Assembly (NCBI RefSeq): GCF_000143415.4 | Contig: NW_003314441.1 | Coordinates: 71,482-135,481 of the forward strand | Direction of reading: 5' to 3' | Length of the DNA: 64,000 nucleotides | DNA from: Selaginella moellendorffii | Taxonomy: Eukaryota; Plantae; Lycopodiophyta | Shown here: one piece after another, positions 59,900-64,000 of the stretch | How the letters are laid out: every line of letters starts with the position of its first letter | How positions within the stretch are numbered: the first letter of the stretch is position 1 | Position numbers and translations under genes: made by a program | Notes under the pieces: model-generated | What the model saw: the letters and a program-made list of their open reading frames with translations, nothing else | The model's database searches: none | Told to the model about the DNA's origin: nothing

Positions 59900-62104
59900 A
59901 TGGAAGCATTTGGACTGAGGTGTGTTTTACCCCACGAAGGATGGGGGGGGATCATAGGATCCAAGGATGAGAACAGAGGGTATCTCATCGATGGCAAAAT
60001 GTGCCGTGCTAAAAGTCGTGGGAAAGGTGTTCCCAAATAGAAAACAACTTTGACACAAAGTTGTGTGTGACCTCTATGGTGCCGTGCTAACAAATGGTTG
60101 GTATGAGAAAGAGCGGTATTGGTCTTGGCAAAGACTTAGACACAAAGAAAAAGTGTCATAGAGGTAGGCTCGTGGAGCCGATGGTGTGGAGACACCAAAT
60201 GTGCCAAGGTGTGATACCTTGAGGCTATGTTGTTGGGTTCATGAGGACCCCTTGCCAAAGGAGTCCCAATGGAAATGGGAATGGCAAGGCCTAAGCTGGA
60301 AGGCATGCGGTTGGAGTGTGGTGACCCAGATAATGATGGAGGTGTGGAAGCACCAAGCAATGAGTTGTAAGACTTGACAGCTATGGGGCAACTAAGCAAG
60401 AGGTGCAAGATAATTGGTTAAGCGGGTAGAAGGTAACTACCCAAGACTTCTTAATGGTATAAAGAAGTTAGATATACCCTTACAGGGATAAATTGCTTAT
60501 GTTGCGATATAGTAAGTCAATGTCATGAAAGGAAATACTCATTGTCAAGGAAGCCGTCATTGGGACACCCGAACACTCTAGAACACCAAGAGGTGGTGTT
60601 TGATGTCGCGAGGGCAATGGATAAAGCCCAAGGGACTAAGTCCCTAGCGAATGATGGATAGAAGGTGCTATCCAAATGTTCAAGGTTGCGGAGACAGGAG
60701 AGGACTGTCTACCCAAGTTGGACAAAGCCAAAAATGGAATTTTGGCAAGGCTAGTGATGGGCATGTAAAGGCCCATAAGCAACAATGTAACCCCAGTGTG
60801 TGGGATTATAAGCTGAGCATACCCGGATTGAGGAACCACTCCCTGGGCTATTGGGTAGGTTCATCCCTAAGAATACTTGCTAAGGCATGATAGAAAGTGC
60901 AAAGCTATCCTCCTGGTCTGGAGGAGAATGACCGAAGGAAAGGTGTGAAGCCAAAGGCAAGTAGTGTTGGGATGGAACTGAACCATAGAAATCAAAGGGC
61001 ATAACCAAGGTTGGTTATGCCAGCTGGGAGTGGAAAATCAAGTGGGGGCTCAAGGGTGTTGCCGCTAGCAACCGTGATGCCATGGAGAGTCTAAAATATG
61101 GAATTGTCCATGTTAGACTATATGGCATTTGGAAGGCTTGCAAAAAGGGAGGCCTTAGCAAGCTGAGGGATAGAGTTCCTTCAAGGTTCCCAAAGACGAT
61201 TCTAGGTAGCGTAGTACCTAGAAAGGCCAAGTGTAAATGGTTCATGGAACGCGCGAAATCAGAGTGGCGCAGCAGAAGCGTGGTCTTGAAGCTTGCCATG
61301 AGGCAAGGTTATCAAGGTTAGGGAAGTAGTTCCCGAGTGTTCAAAGAGAGGGCTTTGAACGAAAGTCGATGGTCAAGGACTTTCACGCTTATGCAGGAAC
61401 CATGTTACAATGGTCGGAGAACTTGCCAAGTGAGATTGGCACGTCGGGGGAACAAAGACCCTAGTTGAAGGTGATAACTTCAAAAAGGGTGGGCCATGGG
61501 GCCGAGCATGGAGGAGTCCATGCATGATCACAGACATGTCAAGTGAGAGGACTTGGCAGTGTGGAGGAACTAGGTTCCTAAGCTGTGATCAGTAGCGCGC
61601 TTTAAAAATAGGTTGGTGCACCGGCGTGGGGAGTCACGCCAGGCATCTAGTGTGATGCCGTCCGTAGATGCATATACGGAGGTTGGGTTCGAGTCCCGAC
61701 CCTCTAGTGCTTGGGTTCGAGTCCCAAATCACTAGGGCGTGGTGATGGTTTGGAATATGAGGACACTCATATTTCGGTGGTCATGGACTCTCAGTGGGGA
61801 GACTGGTTTGGGCACACCGCCAAGCGAGGGATGCCTCGGAGTCGTGATGCACGGTTAGATTGCTTAGTGTGAAAGCTCAGCATATCTAACTTGAACACTT
61901 TGGTGCAAGTGGCACCAAGGTCGTGGTGAGTGAGATGGGGACACCTAATCTCAGTTGCTATGAACCCTTGGCCGTAAGGGCTAGCTTGGGTGCACCGCCA
62001 AGTGTGGGGGATGCCCCCGGGGTTATAGTCAACAACTTGGAGGTCTGGAAGACCAAGTACCTCTTGGCAACTCTGTTAAGGTGCCAAGGTGAGATCACTA
62101 GGTG

Positions 62105-62204
62105 NNNNNNNNNNNNNNNNNNNNNNNNNNNNNNNNNNNNNNNNNNNNNNNNNNNNNNNNNNNNNNNNNNNNNNNNNNNNNNNNNNNNNNNNNNNNNNNN
62201 NNNN
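62105..62204. other. Assembly gap (100 N)
   Basis: Run of N. The homologous copy at ~30497-30566 suggests ~70 bp is missing if nothing is inserted. Confidence 0.99.
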
Positions 62205-63496
62205 TTGAACTGTTTAAGGTGGTGTGGCTTGGTCGTGATAACCAAGTGGGAAGAGCACCTAAGGGAAATAAACTATGTCCGTGCGATGGCATAGTGAGTC
62301 CGAGGAAAGTAGTCTCTATAAAAGACCCATGGGAGGGTCACGAAGTTGGGCCGTGGATAGAGCCCATAGCAGAAGATGCTAAAGAGACGTACTAGGGGTG
62401 AACATCCTCCGGACTTGGCAAAGAAGAGTCTTTGCTATGGAACAGAAACAATACCTCAAGGAGGGAGGTAGAGATTCGATGTTGCTTGGTGCAACAATCA
62501 ACGGATAGGAGCAAAAGATGAGTGGCCAAGATAGGGCCGTGGAATCCATTGGAAGGAATCCAAGTGACAAAGTTAGGCGAGGAACACTAATGTGTTGGAC
62601 GCTAACGAGTTGCAGGAAAGGAAGTGTGTTTCCAAGGAGGGATTCCGAAATGCTCCGATTTGGCAAAAGTGGAAGCTCCAAGGGAGGGAGCGGTAAGGTA
62701 GCCAAATGATAGGGCCATGAACAGCCCTAGCACAAAGCATGATAACTGGAACTTTGGCACGAAATAGAAGAGAGGATGATGGTGCCCTCGAGTAGAGAAC
62801 TTCCTAGGATGGGAAGTGGAGTTGCACAAAAGGTGCAAGGCAAGGTGTCGGAGACACCTAGGAAATCGACTCCAAGAAGTCAAAATTCAAAGTTCCAAAG
62901 TGCAAAGGTTATATCGATGGAAATTGAAACTACTCGAGAAGGAGTAGTGGGATTGACTTAGAGAAGGGTCTCTAAGAGGTTTAGCGAGAACTAAACCAAT
63001 AAAACGAGAGAACCACTATATGTGGTCCAATCAGTCTCTAAGTTGGAAAGACTACCCTCCTTAGAGGATATGCAAAAGGCATGGTGAGCCTTCAATGTCC
63101 AACCATTGATGAATATGGAGAAGGCATGGTGAGCCTTCAATGTCACACCATTGACAAATATTGGCTACGCGCCAAGGATTGAAATGGTAACACATGCGGG
63201 TGTTACTTTATAAAATGGTTCACCGTTCGATGAGGACATCGAACTTCGTCTATGGGTGGTGGAGTTGTGAGACACAAAATCCCTAGGCCCCAAAGTGGAG
63301 CTGGAAGGGCGCCACATGGTAGTGGCCGAAGCGAGAGCCAAACGAGCGTAACACGTTTGGACCAAAAGCTCCGACTTGAAAAGTCAAGAGCGGGAGTGGA
63401 ACTCCCAACGAAGTGCTCGAGGAACGAGCACGAAGCGAGCAAAAGGCGAGGCTCCAAAAAGGGACCCAAAAGGACCAACACATGACACGTGGGAGT

Positions 63497-64000
63497 GTCC
63501 GAGATGGACTCGAGATGGAGTCCGAAGTGGAGTCCGAGGTGGACCCGAGATGGACCCGAGTTGGAGTCCGAAGTGGAGTCCGAGATGGAGTCCGAGATGG
63601 AGTCCGAGATGGAGTCCGAGTTGGAGTCCGAGGTGGACCCGAGATGGACCCGAGTTGGAGTCCGAAGTGGAGTCCGAGATGGACCCGAGATGGAGTCCGA
63701 GATGGAGTCCGAGATGGAGTCCGAGGTGGACCCGAGATGGACCCGAGATGGAGTCCGAGATGGAGTCCGAGATGGAGTCCGAGATGGAGTCTGAGATGGA
63801 GTCCAAGATGGAGTCCGAGATGGACCCGAGATGGAGTCCGAGATGGAGTCCGAGGTGGACCCGAGATAGACCCGAAATGGAGTCCGAGATGGACCCGAGA
63901 TGGAGTCCGAGATGGACCCGAGATGGACCCGAGATGGAGTCCGAGATGGAGTCCGAGATGGAGTCCGAGATGGAGTCCGAAGTCGAGACCGAGACCGAAC
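63497..64000 (+). repeat. Minisatellite in the family B 3' LTR
   Basis: Same unit order as 56324-56825. Confidence 0.97.

Larger units (their letters stand above)
56093..64000 (+). mobile_element. Young family B LARD-like element: 5' LTR 56093-57985, PBS 57989-58000, non-coding internal domain, PPT 63252-63265, 3' LTR from 63266 running off the window
   Basis: TGTGAG...TTACA LTR followed by TGGTATCGGAGC. The two LTRs are nearly identical over the ~730 bp available. No recognisable pol ORF. Confidence 0.93.

Noticed and set aside
61681-61730. tRNA gene
   Set aside because: Only T-arm-like hairpins are present; no acceptor, D or anticodon arms could be folded.
63077-63163. 44-bp tandem duplication in the young family B internal domain
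   Set aside because: It is real and absent from older copies, but appears to be an ordinary slippage event.

Overview
Plant nuclear DNA. The ~50-65 nt introns, very short intergenic spacers and intronless PLS-class PPR gene point to a Selaginella-like lycophyte (inference). Two compact gene islands alternate with two blocks of nested LTR retroelements. Island 1 (1-5.1 kb) holds the Gemin2 3' part, a GeBP/DUF573 transcription factor and a PLS-E PPR gene. Island 2 (35.9-47.5 kb) holds a GPA3-like kelch gene, a divergent TIR1/COI1-family F-box gene, a THUMP-domain RNA methyltransferase and a purple acid phosphatase pseudogene. The retroelement blocks (6.5-34.6 kb and 49.8-64 kb) are built mainly from four families, named locally. 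(1) A ~593-bp Cassandra-like TRIM whose 194-bp LTRs carry a 5S rRNA-derived segment. (2) Family B, a non-coding LARD-like element with ~1.9-kb LTRs containing a variable 12/11-bp minisatellite; the copy at 56.1-64 kb is very young. (3) Family C, a Ty3/gypsy element with ~1.15-kb LTRs and decayed gag/integrase. (4) Family D, with a ~550-bp LTR. The main observations are the TIR1/COI1-like protein with a C-terminal tail of repeated EAR-like motifs and a Cys/His-rich loop, the 5S-bearing TRIM, tandem tRNA T-arm/B-box hairpins shared by B and C, and module exchange at primer-binding sites. Most ORFs in the supplied track are spurious frames over repeats.
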